NCBI GenBank assembly: GCA_033812595.1 | Contig: JAPXTJ010000001.1 | Coordinates: 13,306-77,305 of the forward strand | Origin: Thermomicrobiales bacterium | GTDB lineage: Bacteria > Chloroflexota > Chloroflexia > Thermomicrobiales > UBA6265 | Direction of reading: 5' to 3' | DNA: 64,000 bases | In this document: positions 52,935-62,708 of the stretch, in pieces | How positions within the stretch are numbered: the first letter of the stretch is position 1 | Layout of the letters: each line of letters starts with the position of its first letter | Made by a program: the position numbers and the translations under genes | The notes under the pieces: model-generated | The model's input: only the letters and a program-made list of their open reading frames with translations | Told to the model about the DNA's origin: nothing | Databases searched by the model: none

Positions 52935-53381
52935 ATGAGCAGTCCATTCGCCGGCATAGACCACGTCGGCTACGTCGTTTCCGATCTCGATCAGGCGATC
53001 CGTTTCGCGATCGAGGTGCTCGGGTTCGAACTGGTGCCGGAGCGAGCCGGCACGCTCGGCGCTGCCGATGGCGACACCATGAGCCGTCGCTTCGGAGTGC
53101 CCGATCGCGCCACCGCCAGCTTCCGGTTCGTCCGCGCCGGCAATGCGCCGGTCGAGTTCCTCGCCTGGGAGGCGCCCGATCGCTCGACCACCCCGGCGCG
53201 CAATTGCGACGCCGGCGGCCGCCACCTCGCGGTCAAGGTCACCGACATGCCGGCCGCGCTCGAACGAATCGGCGCCTTCCCCGGTGTGGAAATCCGCGAA
53301 CCGAACGAACGGGGGTACATCTACGTGAAAACGCCGTTTGGACTCGAAGTCCAGTTGATTCCCGCGACAGGAGCAGCGTAA
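52935..53381 (+). CDS. VOC-family protein
   Basis: ATG 52935 (the 3' part of track ORF 52560..53381). FAGIDHVGYVVSDLDQAIRFAIEVLGFELV ... GRHLAVKV. Confidence 0.78.
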   Translation: MSSPFAGIDHVGYVVSDLDQAIRFAIEVLGFELVPERAGTLGAADGDTMSRRFGVPDRATASFRFVRAGNAPVEFLAWEAPDRSTTPARNCDAGGRHLAVKVTDMPAALERIGAFPGVEIREPNERGYIYVKTPFGLEVQLIPATGAA

Positions 53382-53383
53382 GC

Positions 53384-54373
53384 ATGGGCGCGACGGTTAC
53401 CGAAGTTGAACTCAAACGCGGGGTGTTCGGACTCGTGATCGAGAACGAGCACCTGGCCGTGACGGTGCTGCCCGACAAGGGCGCCGACATCATCTCGATC
53501 GTGCACAAGGCGAGCGGTTTCGATCCGATGTGGAAATCGCCGTGGGGTTTGCGTCGGCCCGGCCTGATCGCCACCGCGCCCAACTCGTCCGTCGCCTGGC
53601 ACGAAGCCTATCCGGGTGGCTGGCAGGAACTCTTCCCGAACGGCGGCACCGCCAGCGAAATCAACGGGGTGAGCCTGCCGTACCACGGCGAAGCCTCGGT
53701 TTCGGGCTGGGACTGGGAGATTCTGCCCGATGGCGTCCGGCTCTACGTTCGCCTGGTGCGCAGCCCCTTCGTTCTGGAGCGCACGATGCGCCTCAGCGAC
53801 GACAAACCGGAGCTGACCGTCGAGGGCCGGGCCGAGAACAAGGGTCGTGTCCCCCTCCCCTACATGTGGGTGCATCACCCGGCCTTCGGACCGCCCTTCC
53901 TCGATGGCACCTGCGTCATCGAAACCAACGCCACGAAGGTGCTGGTCGATCCGGACTCCAAGGACGACACCATTGAACCAGGCTCCACCCATGATTGGCC
54001 GATCATCCAAACGAAAAACGGCCCGCTCGATGCCTCCGTCATCCCTGGCGAAGATACGCCGCACGGGCTGATGGTCTTCATCGGCGAGTTCGCCGATCAG
54101 CGCGCCTGGTACGCCATCCACAACCAGGGCGATGGATCGCGGGTCGAATTCTCGTGGGATCGGGCCGGTTTCCCCTACGCCTGGTTGTGGGAGGAATTGC
54201 ACGCCCACACCTACGGCATGATGTACGGCGAGGTCTACACGATGGCGATCGAGCCGGCGACCTCCTGGCCGGGCGGCCTGAATCACATCATGGAAACCAC
54301 TGGCACCCACCGCGTCATCGAACCGGGCGAGGTGATCACCAACAAACTGACGGTCGCCCTTTCGAAGGGCTGA
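53384..54373 (+). CDS. Aldose-1-epimerase-like (galactose mutarotase fold / DUF4432-like) protein
   Basis: ATG 53384. LAVTVLPDKGADIISIVHKASGFDPMW ... YHGEAS ... MWVHHPAFGPPFL. Confidence 0.65.
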   Translation: MGATVTEVELKRGVFGLVIENEHLAVTVLPDKGADIISIVHKASGFDPMWKSPWGLRRPGLIATAPNSSVAWHEAYPGGWQELFPNGGTASEINGVSLPYHGEASVSGWDWEILPDGVRLYVRLVRSPFVLERTMRLSDDKPELTVEGRAENKGRVPLPYMWVHHPAFGPPFLDGTCVIETNATKVLVDPDSKDDTIEPGSTHDWPIIQTKNGPLDASVIPGEDTPHGLMVFIGEFADQRAWYAIHNQGDGSRVEFSWDRAGFPYAWLWEELHAHTYGMMYGEVYTMAIEPATSWPGGLNHIMETTGTHRVIEPGEVITNKLTVALSKG

Positions 54374-54608
54374 AATCTCGAACCACCCGATCCCCTGTGG
54401 TTGAGAACCACAGGCCAAGGACGAACTTGGCTCCGCCACTCAGGGTGCGACACCAGCCACCCAGAGGCGGAGCCCCTTCCGTTGTCAGCATTGGGCTTCG
54501 AGCCCAATGGGTCGGCGCCAGAACCAAAAACCGTCAATGCACATGACCAGGGCCGGGGCGGAAATCCACCCCGGCCCTGGCTCGGTTCAGTCAGGTTCGA
54601 TGCGGAAC

Positions 54609-56252
54609 CTACGGGAACGCGATCGAGTTCATAAGCGGGGTGAGCGCGTCGAGCAGGTCGTCCTCGGCGTCGATCGGCGCTTCAGCGACGATCTGCACCA
54701 GGTATTCCCCTTCCGGATCCTCGTGGCAGGCGACCACGATCGACCACTCCTCGGCATCATCGTCCTCGTAAACGCCGAGCACGGCGAACATTTCGCCCCC
54801 GTCGTTCTCATCATCAACCTGGATCTCGAAATCGAAGTCCGCGACGAAGTCCTCGACGCACGACTGCGCATCGGCGCGGCGCGGCATTTCGAACGAGCTC
54901 ACGTCGACGAAGAGGTCGCCCTCACCTTCGAGCTGCAGGGTGTCGACATCGTTGCGGGAACGATCGCGCACGATTTCCCAGACGCTCTCGTCGACTTCGA
55001 GTTCGAAGCCCCAGGTCGGGCTCTCGTAGACGGTGCCGCTGACCGGATCGGTGTCTTCATCGTCCGGCTCCGGGGTGACATCCTCGTCCGGCTCGTCGAC
55101 GACATCTTCATCATCCGTGTCCACGTCGAGCGGCTCGCCGCCCTGGATGTTGACGGTCGTGAGCACGTCCTGCGTTGCCGCGAACGCATCCTCGAAGTCG
55201 TCCAGGCCCGTCACCAGCGTGGCGACGAAGACGCCGGCGCCTTGCGGCAGCGCGCGGCACTCCACGTAGGTCGCGCTTTCTTCGCCGCGGCTGTTCTCAA
55301 AGGTGTAGGCCGCCCAGGCAACGCCGCGTGAGGTTCCGGCCAGTTCATCGCCATTGGCGTCTTCCAACGGCGCGGGATCCGCATCGTCCGGAATCGCTTC
55401 GTCGACGGCCGATTCGATGCAATCAGAAGCCCGGGTGATGGTGCTGTACGACTCGAGCCAGAGGCGCCCCGCCGGCTCGATGAGATCGAGGATGAGAACG
55501 TCTCGACCCTCATCGTCTTCGGCTTCCTGCTCGTCGTTGACCTCCCAGACATCTTCATCGAACGCCAGCGCGACGCCGAAGTTCGGGGAGGAGTAGACAT
55601 TGCCTTCCAGACCGTCGCCGGTTCGAACCGGGCCATCATCATCGTCCGGATCCGGGGTCGGAGCGGGATCATCATCACCGGTGTCTTCGCCGAAGACCGC
55701 CGGGAAGATCGGATCGCCGTCGATCGTGATCATCGTGCCGACCAGGCCAGCCGCGATCAACGAGCGATCGGGCGCCGACTTGACCGACGTGACGATGAAC
55801 GCGCCGTCGATCGGGCGGAACTCGGTCAATTCCTCGAGCGGCGTCCCGTCATCCCCAAACTCGTAGTTGAAGATCACAACGCCGGCTTCGGGAAGCGACG
55901 ATTCCATTGGCGTGGCTTCCACGTTCGAGTAGGTGCTTGAATCGTTCAGCAGCCCTTCGTACGCGGTCATCATCGACTCGGCGCTTCGATTCGTGTCGAA
56001 GCCCCAGATATCAACCCAAATGCCGAGCTCGTCGTGCACGATGCGCAGCTGATCGGATGTCTCGAGTGAGTTTGTGAATCCGTCGACTACCGACCAGTCA
56101 TCGGTCCATTCCACTTCGTAACCGTAGAGGGGGCTTTCGTACGTTGTCGCACTGGTGACCCCCGCCTGGGCGGCAGCCAGAACCGGCCCCGCCGCGAAGA
56201 GCACCATCAGCGCCGCCACGAGCGCACCGGTCATCCTGAAGATTCGTTGCAT
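54609..56252 (-). CDS. Secreted three-module acidic protein of unknown function
   Basis: Signal peptide MQRIFRMTGALVAALMVLFAAGPVLAAAQA. Three modules of about 150 aa each begin Y(E/S)SPxxG(Y/F/V)x(V/L)x(W/F/V)(T/D)(D/E)xW and are separated by D/E/P-rich linkers. Confidence 0.75.
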   Translation of the reverse strand: MQRIFRMTGALVAALMVLFAAGPVLAAAQAGVTSATTYESPLYGYEVEWTDDWSVVDGFTNSLETSDQLRIVHDELGIWVDIWGFDTNRSAESMMTAYEGLLNDSSTYSNVEATPMESSLPEAGVVIFNYEFGDDGTPLEELTEFRPIDGAFIVTSVKSAPDRSLIAAGLVGTMITIDGDPIFPAVFGEDTGDDDPAPTPDPDDDDGPVRTGDGLEGNVYSSPNFGVALAFDEDVWEVNDEQEAEDDEGRDVLILDLIEPAGRLWLESYSTITRASDCIESAVDEAIPDDADPAPLEDANGDELAGTSRGVAWAAYTFENSRGEESATYVECRALPQGAGVFVATLVTGLDDFEDAFAATQDVLTTVNIQGGEPLDVDTDDEDVVDEPDEDVTPEPDDEDTDPVSGTVYESPTWGFELEVDESVWEIVRDRSRNDVDTLQLEGEGDLFVDVSSFEMPRRADAQSCVEDFVADFDFEIQVDDENDGGEMFAVLGVYEDDDAEEWSIVVACHEDPEGEYLVQIVAEAPIDAEDDLLDALTPLMNSIAFP

Positions 56253-56569
56253 GTCCGTCTTTCCTCCTCCATCACCGCCTGCATTGCCGGTGAGCCTTCA
56301 TTTGGGTCGACGAAACCACTCCCTCGTCGTCCACTCCGGATCGCGCCGTCGCATACCGCGCCATCCCCGAATCAGCCCCGGTGACCGGACGTTTCGGGAG
56401 ATCCTCGACCGTTACCAGTCTCGCGGATTTCGCCGGAAACGCAAGTCCTTTTACCCCCGGGAAACGGGCATTTATCGCGTCGCCCGCCGATTTGGGTGGG
56501 AACACCCACTCTTCGCATCGAGGTATCGCACCTCCTGACCGCAGCTCCCGGGCCACGACCCGGGGACCA

Positions 56570-57847
56570 CTATCCAAGTCGAATCGATCCGATCATCGGC
56601 TGGATGGCTTCGTACGCATCATCGAACGAATCGATGACGGCGATCATGGAAAAAACGAGTACGCCCTTGGCGCCGGGAAGCGCCCGGCACTCCACATACC
56701 CGCCTACTTCAGTGGGGTCCTCATCCTCGAGCTCGAGCGTATACGCGTACGCCGCCCAGACGCGCCCTTGCGTCGATCCCGAAATCGGTTTGCCATCGGC
56801 GTCAGTCAGGAGTTCATCGCTTCCGGGCGAAATGCTCGCTTCGGAGAGGGCGACATCGATGCAGGCGCCGGCGCGGCCGTTGAAGCCATCGAAGACTTCC
56901 ACCACCACATAAGCCGACAAGTCGTTGTGGAACAGGATGATGCCGTCACGGCCGAAGTTGTCTTCCGCCACCAGCTCCGATTCAACCCGCCAGTCGGAGC
57001 GGTCGTACCTGAACCCTGCGCCGGGGAACTGCGTGGAGTCCCAGTTTCGCTGGTCGAAGGAATCGCCGCGGCTGTCCTGCGGCACGGGTGTGGGCGTGGG
57101 TCGCGGTTCGTTGCCGGACGACTGGAACACCTCGACGCAGGTCGCGGCCGGCGAGGCATCCGTGGTGTCAGTGTCTGTCTTGTCAGTTTTGTTCGACGAA
57201 CTCGACGCTTCGGTCTTGTCGCCCGGTTTCGAGGTGGTGGAGCCGCCCGATGAGCCGGTCTCCTCCTCCCCGCAAATAGGCAACGGCACGAGCAGCGGCA
57301 CATCGTTCACGGTGATGTCGTCGTTCGCGCGCGTCTTGACCGCTTCAAGGTCGTCGAGCAGGCCGAGCACCACCACCACCATCGTGGCGCCGGCGATCGG
57401 TTGGGATTGCACATAGCCGGCCGCCTCGATGTCCGTGCCCGAGAGCTGGAACGTGAAAACGAGGGAGGGAGGCGATTGATCAGTCGCGTCCTCGATAACC
57501 GTGTATTCGGGCAGGCGGGAATAAGTTTGCAGCGCCGCCTGGATGTACTCCTCACCCGTCCGGAAGCTGCGTTGCGATTGCATCTCGATCAGCACCGCGT
57601 CGTCGCCATTGGCGGAAATCAGCCCGAGCACATCGCGCCGGACCTCGATCGAGGAGTTCTCCCGATCGACCTGCCAGTCGTCGGTCCACTCGATCTGCGT
57701 CTTGTACTTCGGGCTAGTGAACTCCGTCTCACCGATCGGAGACTCCTGCGCGATGGCGATCGCCGGCAGCGTCAGGACCACGAGGAGCAACGCGATCACC
57801 AGTCGCGCCAGCCGAATCACCCCACCCGATCGATCGATCCGAATCAC
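56570..57847 (-). CDS. Secreted/anchored two-module paralogue of 54609..56252
   Basis: N-terminal hydrophobic segment LARLVIALLLVVLTLPAIAIAQ. Modules start FTSPKYKTQIEWTDDWQV and FRYDRSDWRV. Shares VWAAYAYT...YVECRALPGAKGV with its neighbour (VAWAAYTF...YVECRALPQGAGV). Confidence 0.75.
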   Translation of the reverse strand: MIRIDRSGGVIRLARLVIALLLVVLTLPAIAIAQESPIGETEFTSPKYKTQIEWTDDWQVDRENSSIEVRRDVLGLISANGDDAVLIEMQSQRSFRTGEEYIQAALQTYSRLPEYTVIEDATDQSPPSLVFTFQLSGTDIEAAGYVQSQPIAGATMVVVVLGLLDDLEAVKTRANDDITVNDVPLLVPLPICGEEETGSSGGSTTSKPGDKTEASSSSNKTDKTDTDTTDASPAATCVEVFQSSGNEPRPTPTPVPQDSRGDSFDQRNWDSTQFPGAGFRYDRSDWRVESELVAEDNFGRDGIILFHNDLSAYVVVEVFDGFNGRAGACIDVALSEASISPGSDELLTDADGKPISGSTQGRVWAAYAYTLELEDEDPTEVGGYVECRALPGAKGVLVFSMIAVIDSFDDAYEAIQPMIGSIRLG

Positions 57848-57947
57848 CTGTTCATCCCCTGGCAGACCGGCCAGGAGCGTCTGTCCGGCCGGATTGATCT
57901 GAAAGCGGTTCGTGTTTCATCCGATAATAGCCCACCGCATCGCGCTA

Positions 57948-58907
57948 TTACTTGTCAGAACGTGGACCAAACGCTCTTGGTTCCGAAGTAATTGGGGCCG
58001 GGCCGAGCAGCCTGAGCCAAAGCGCCCGGGCGGCCCAGGCCCGTGCAGGCCGCCACGCTTCCGCGAGCGAATCGAGGGTTTTCAGTGTTAACTCGGGGCG
58101 ATCGTACTCTCTTCTGGCCGCGCGTAGCAGCGCGACATCACCGCTGACGTGGGCGTCATCACTGCCAATTCCCCAAAGCAGCGCCGCCGCCGCACTCCAC
58201 GGCCCGATCATCGGCAAGGCGATCAATCGCCTGGCCACCCCCTCCGGATCGGCGTGGGCCGCCTGGTCGTCGGGCACATCGCCATCAGCCACGTGACGTG
58301 CGACCTTCACGATCCCTTCGGCTCGCCGCCAGGTCAGCCCGGTCGCGCGCAATCGCTCGACCGGTGTCTCCGCCAGTTGCTCCGCGCTCGGGAACGGGAG
58401 AAAGCGCCGGCCGCCGAACTCAAGTCCGGTGGAGTGAATCTCGGCGACCCGCCGCTCCATGACGGCGCCGGCCTGCACGGTGACCCCTTGGCCGATGATC
58501 ACGGTCAGCAATCCCTGATGCAGCGATCCGTGGGCGTACGGGCGCAAACCCGGAAAGGCACGCATCGCTTCGGCGACCACCGGATCGTCGATTACGGGCG
58601 GCGTCCGTCGCCAGCCGAGCGAGCGCGTCATCCAGTCGGCCGCCTCTTCCGGTTCCGCAAACCCGGAAACCACCAGCGTGGCCTGATCGGGCTGAAGCGT
58701 CCGAATCAGGCCGAGCTCACCGCTCTCGCCGAGCCGCCGCACCTGGACGAACTCGCCGCCGATCCAATCAACCGACGGCCAACGCCCCTGGCCCCAGGCG
58801 ACCGGCGCGACCGTGGTCGCCAGATCCAGCCCGTTCGCGGGGAACTCGAAAACAACGTCCGCAATGGGCGGCTGATTCATCCCGGCGTCGCGCAAGGCAT
58901 TCTCCAA
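57948..58907 (-). CDS. DNA-3-methyladenine glycosylase II (AlkA-like, HhH-GPD superfamily)
   Basis: HhH-GPD region LIALPMIGPWSAAAALLWGIGSDDAHVSGDVALLRAA, with the catalytic Asp in GDVAL. ATG 58880 is an alternative start. Confidence 0.78.
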   Translation of the reverse strand: MENALRDAGMNQPPIADVVFEFPANGLDLATTVAPVAWGQGRWPSVDWIGGEFVQVRRLGESGELGLIRTLQPDQATLVVSGFAEPEEAADWMTRSLGWRRTPPVIDDPVVAEAMRAFPGLRPYAHGSLHQGLLTVIIGQGVTVQAGAVMERRVAEIHSTGLEFGGRRFLPFPSAEQLAETPVERLRATGLTWRRAEGIVKVARHVADGDVPDDQAAHADPEGVARRLIALPMIGPWSAAAALLWGIGSDDAHVSGDVALLRAARREYDRPELTLKTLDSLAEAWRPARAWAARALWLRLLGPAPITSEPRAFGPRSDK

Positions 58908-59154
58908 TCATGGTGCGGTTTATCGCGCCCACGGTTCCGGCGGTGGCGCTTGAAGGGTCTTCCAATGACACCCGGGAGGTCAACTCCCGCTCCAGGGTGG
59001 CCCGGGTCCGACGAAACAGCGTGACGACCGTCATGACTGGTCGGATTGTCAGACATTTGGTATGAAACAGGTTAAGAATCACAAGCCCGGACTTCCCGGC
59101 GCCGCCACGTTTCTAACGTCAGCGAACGGTCTTGTCATCAGGGAGAAGAAGCGT

Positions 59155-60402
59155 ATGTCCGGTGTGTGGAAACGGCTCCAGGTTTTCTGTCTGGCGTTCA
59201 TGCTCGTTGTGCTCGGTAGCGCGGGGGTGTTCGCGCAGGATAGCGCCCCGAACACCGATCTCGAAGGCGAACTCCTGCTCTGGCACGGCTGGACCGGCGC
59301 TGAAGCAGACACGCTGACCAATGACATTCTGCCCGCGTGGCAAGCGGCCAACCCTAACGTCACGATCGAGGTACTCGCCGTGCCGTTCGATCAACTCAAG
59401 AACAAGTATTCGCAGGAAGTCGCGACAGGCGGCGGTCCCGATCTGTTGATCGGCCCGGCCGACTGGGTCGGCGAACTCGCTACCGGCGAATTGATCCGCC
59501 CGCTCGATGACCTCGTCGATGAGGCGACCCTCGGCAATTACCTGTCGTCGACCGTGGATGCCTTGCGGTACGACGGCAATCTCTACGGATTGCCGGAGAG
59601 CTTCGAAGCGGTCGCGATGTACTACAATAAGCAACTCATGCCCGAACCCGCCGCCACGACGGCCGATCTCGATGCGGCTGCCGCCGAGATCAATGCCGGC
59701 GCCGCCGACACCTACGGGCTCGCCCTCCTCGCCAACTTCTACCACCCGGCCGGCTATTTCTTCGGGTTCGGAAGTCAACTCTTCGATGAGAACAACCAAA
59801 GCACGGTCAATTCGCCGGAAACCGTTGCGTTCCTGAACTGGATGAACGGCCTGCAATCGAAGCCGGGCTACTTCCTCCAGAACGATGACAACGCTATCTC
59901 TTCGCTCTTCAAGGAGGGCAAGGCGGCGGCGGTCTTCAACGGCCCGTGGGCGCTCGGTGACTATGTGCAGGCGCTTGGCGCGGAGAACGTCGGCGTCGCC
60001 CCGATGCCGGTCATTTCCGAAGCCGGCGACGCGGCGACCCGCCCCTTCCTGGGCGTCAAGCACATCATGATGAACGCGGATCTCGATGACGATCAGGCGG
60101 CGCTCGCGGCCGAATTCATGAAGTGGTTCACCGGTCCTGAATCCGCCGGCTTGCTGGTCGAAAAGGCCGGTCACCTGCCCGCTCACGTCGGGGTCGATGT
60201 CTCTGGCAACGAGATCGCCCAGGCGTTCGTCACGCAGGCGGAGACCGCCACACCGATGCCGATCATTCCCGAGATGGGCCAGGTTTGGGAGCCGGTCGGC
60301 AACATGATCACCGCGGTGCTCTCCGGCGCGTCAACCGCGGAGGACGCCGCCGCCACGGCCCAGGATCAGATCAACGAGGGCATACAGAATATGGGCTCCT
60401 GA
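59155..60402 (+). CDS. Sugar ABC transporter substrate-binding protein (family 1, maltose/oligosaccharide-like)
   Basis: ATG 59155 with a GGGAGAAG RBS. Signal peptide MSGVWKRLQVFCLAFMLVVLGSAGVFAQD. LLLWHGWTGAEADTL ... FDQLKNKY ... GPWALGDY. Confidence 0.85.
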   Translation: MSGVWKRLQVFCLAFMLVVLGSAGVFAQDSAPNTDLEGELLLWHGWTGAEADTLTNDILPAWQAANPNVTIEVLAVPFDQLKNKYSQEVATGGGPDLLIGPADWVGELATGELIRPLDDLVDEATLGNYLSSTVDALRYDGNLYGLPESFEAVAMYYNKQLMPEPAATTADLDAAAAEINAGAADTYGLALLANFYHPAGYFFGFGSQLFDENNQSTVNSPETVAFLNWMNGLQSKPGYFLQNDDNAISSLFKEGKAAAVFNGPWALGDYVQALGAENVGVAPMPVISEAGDAATRPFLGVKHIMMNADLDDDQAALAAEFMKWFTGPESAGLLVEKAGHLPAHVGVDVSGNEIAQAFVTQAETATPMPIIPEMGQVWEPVGNMITAVLSGASTAEDAAATAQDQINEGIQNMGS

Positions 60403-60417
60403 CCGAGCCCGCACGAA

Positions 60418-60453
60418 GGAATCGCCGGGCGGCAGTGGCCGCCCGGCGATTCC
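60418..60453 (+). terminator. Stem-loop after the binding-protein gene (intra-operon attenuating hairpin)
   Basis: 16-bp arms ggaatcgccgggcggc / gccgcccggcgattcc with a 4-nt loop. No T-tract. Confidence 0.5.
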
Positions 60454-60543
60454 GGCCGCATTCTCTCAGAGAGTTCTTACGAACCGCGCCTCACCACCGC
60501 GGATGAACGATGAGCGCTCACCCTTCCCTGGCACCGTACCCAG

Positions 60544-60653
60544 TCACTCCGAGGCAGCGAGGAGTCCGACGCGAAGCGCCTTTCCGCGTGGACACGCTTC
60601 GGATTCGCAAGGCCGCTGCGCGTCGGATTCTTCGCCTGCGGGCTCTGAATGAC
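60544..60653. repeat. Dispersed palindromic intergenic repeat, copy C
   Basis: gtcactccgaggcagcgaggagtccgacgcgaagcgcc ... ccgctgcgcgtcggattcttcgcctgcgggctctgaatgac. Core at 60567-60578. Confidence 0.6.
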
Positions 60654-60727
60654 GGGTTGCTTTTCGGGGGTGAGTTGGTGGTTCTTTCAGAGCAGCTCCG
60701 TGTCAACGTCAGGCGAGGTGATCGCTG

Positions 60728-61741
60728 ATGGCAGCCGACCAACTCAGTGCCCAAAAGAAACTTCCGACCGGCGGCACCTTCGATATACCGACTGGCGGTA
60801 AATCGTGGTGGCAGAAGTACCGGCTCCCGTTTTTCTACATTCTGCCGGCGTTCATCGTTCTGGCGGTAGTTACGTTCTATCCAATCGGGTACCAACTCTG
60901 GCTGAGCATGACCGATTTCAATATCCGCAGCTTTCGCCGCGGGTACGATTTCGTCGGCCTCGATAATTACATCCGCATCATCAAAGGCGAATTGCCGATC
61001 CCGAACTTCAACTTCTGGCGGGTGCTCGGATTCAATTTCGTCTGGACCGCGGTCAACGTGGTGTTTCATCTCATCATCGGCGTATCGGTCGCCATTCTCC
61101 TCAATCGCAAGCGCATCATCGGCCGGCGGGTTTTTCGCGCCCTGTATGTGATCCCGTGGGCCATGCCGCCGCTCGTCGTCTCGTTGATCTGGAACAAGAT
61201 GTTCAATTCCCAGTTCGGCGCGATCAATCTTTCGCTCAAGGCCCTCGGGCTGCCGCACGATATCCGCTGGCTGGAATCGATCGACGCGCCGATTCCGTTC
61301 CTCCCCTTCCTGCCGCTCGCCTTCTACGCGGTGGCGATCGCCAATATCTGGCTCGGATGGCCGTTCATGATGGTGATCGCCACCGGGGCGCTGCAATCGA
61401 TTCCGTCCGATCTCTACGAAGCGGCTCGCGTTGATGGCGCTCCGCGGTGGGCGCAATTCCGCGATATCACCGTTCCGCTCATCCGGCCCGCCATGGTTCC
61501 GGCGATCATGTACGGCACCATCCTCACCTTCAACCAGTTCAACATCATCTACTTCATCACCGCCGGCGGCCCGCTCGGCAAGACCGAAATCCTCGTCACC
61601 CAAGCGTTCAAACTCGTCAATCCAAATCAGCTCTACGGCGTTGCCGCGGCCTTCAGCGTGATGATCTTCATGATTCTGCTGGTGATCACCATGGCCCAGA
61701 ATCGCGTCGCCCGGGGACTGGAGGGGTGGTCCGATGACTGA
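60728..61741 (+). CDS. Sugar ABC transporter permease (MalF-like)
   Basis: EAA loop DLYEAARVDGAPRWAQFRDITVPLIRP. 337 aa, polytopic. Confidence 0.88.
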   Translation: MAADQLSAQKKLPTGGTFDIPTGGKSWWQKYRLPFFYILPAFIVLAVVTFYPIGYQLWLSMTDFNIRSFRRGYDFVGLDNYIRIIKGELPIPNFNFWRVLGFNFVWTAVNVVFHLIIGVSVAILLNRKRIIGRRVFRALYVIPWAMPPLVVSLIWNKMFNSQFGAINLSLKALGLPHDIRWLESIDAPIPFLPFLPLAFYAVAIANIWLGWPFMMVIATGALQSIPSDLYEAARVDGAPRWAQFRDITVPLIRPAMVPAIMYGTILTFNQFNIIYFITAGGPLGKTEILVTQAFKLVNPNQLYGVAAAFSVMIFMILLVITMAQNRVARGLEGWSDD

Positions 61742-62675
61742 TGCCCAAAACGCAGCGCGACCGGTCCAACCCGACGCGCTCCAAACCTACACGCGCAAGA
61801 AGTCGTACTGGCCGCTGATCGAGGACATCCTCGTTCACCTGCTGTTGGTTGTCATTACCTTCATTGTGCTGTTTCCGATCATCTGGATCGTCTCGCTGTC
61901 GCTCGACCCGCGGAACATCACCACACCCACAACCTTGACGTTGATCCCGGATGGCGCCAGCTTCGACTCCTTCAGGCACGTGCTCACCCAGGAACTTACC
62001 AACGGCATCCGCTTCTGGACCCTGGCCAGAAACAGCCTGATCATTTCGCTTGGCACCAGCGCCCTGGTCACGATATTCGCGGTCTCGGCCGCCTACGCGT
62101 TCGCGCGTTTCCGCTTCCCGGGCCGAAAGTGGGGCCTCTTCGCCTTCATCGCAGTATTGATGCTGCCGCAGGTCGCCACCCTGGCGCCCCTGTTCGTGCT
62201 GCTCAGCCGCGTCGACCTGCCGTGGAGCGACGAATCGATCCGCACCACCCTCTCCGGGATCGGCATCGCCTACATCAGCGGCGCGCTCCCCTTCGCGATC
62301 TGGAATTTGCGGGGATATATCGACACCATCCCGCGCGATCTCGAAGAAGCCGCCATGACCGAGGGAGCCGGGCCGAACCGGGCTTTCATTGACGTCATCC
62401 TCCCCCTGGTCATGCCCGCAATCGCGATCACTATCCTGTTCGGCTTCATGGCCGCCTGGACGGAATACGTGCTGGCGTGGACCTTCCTGACCGATCCGAA
62501 CCGGTTCACGCTGGCGATGGGCCTGTACGCCATGGCGGGTTCGCAATACAACCAGACCCCCTGGTCCCAGTTTGCGGCGATGTCGATCCTGATCACGATT
62601 CCGGTGGTCGTGCTCTTCTTCATCCTGCAGCGCTGGATTGTCTCTGGACTCGCGGTTGGCTCGGTGAAGGGCTGA
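61734..62675 (+). CDS. Sugar ABC transporter permease (MalG-like)
   Basis: DLEEAAMTEGAGPNRAFIDVILPLVMP. Overlaps the upstream permease by 8 nt. Confidence 0.88.
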   Translation: MTDAQNAARPVQPDALQTYTRKKSYWPLIEDILVHLLLVVITFIVLFPIIWIVSLSLDPRNITTPTTLTLIPDGASFDSFRHVLTQELTNGIRFWTLARNSLIISLGTSALVTIFAVSAAYAFARFRFPGRKWGLFAFIAVLMLPQVATLAPLFVLLSRVDLPWSDESIRTTLSGIGIAYISGALPFAIWNLRGYIDTIPRDLEEAAMTEGAGPNRAFIDVILPLVMPAIAITILFGFMAAWTEYVLAWTFLTDPNRFTLAMGLYAMAGSQYNQTPWSQFAAMSILITIPVVVLFFILQRWIVSGLAVGSVKG

Positions 62676-62708
62676 TGGATCGACGAAGCCGGGCTACAAT
62701 CACCGGCG

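Noticed and set aside
54436-54515. tRNA-like 3' end (…gggtcggcgCCA) next to a TTCGA-containing hairpin
   Set aside because: No acceptor-stem complement (gccgacc) exists about 70 nt upstream. The hairpin has a 3-nt loop rather than a 7-nt T-loop, and no cloverleaf can be drawn.
56253-56569. Possible ECF-type promoter (GGTAAC ... CGTC, minus strand) between the two secreted paralogues
   Set aside because: The spacer is 19 nt, too long for the usual 16-17 nt. The -35 element is not GGAAC. The evidence is insufficient.
60518-62546. 361-aa and 286-aa minus-strand ORFs (60518..61603, 61686..62546)
   Set aside because: They are antisense to the two sugar permease genes. D/R/G/E/H-rich shadow ORFs.
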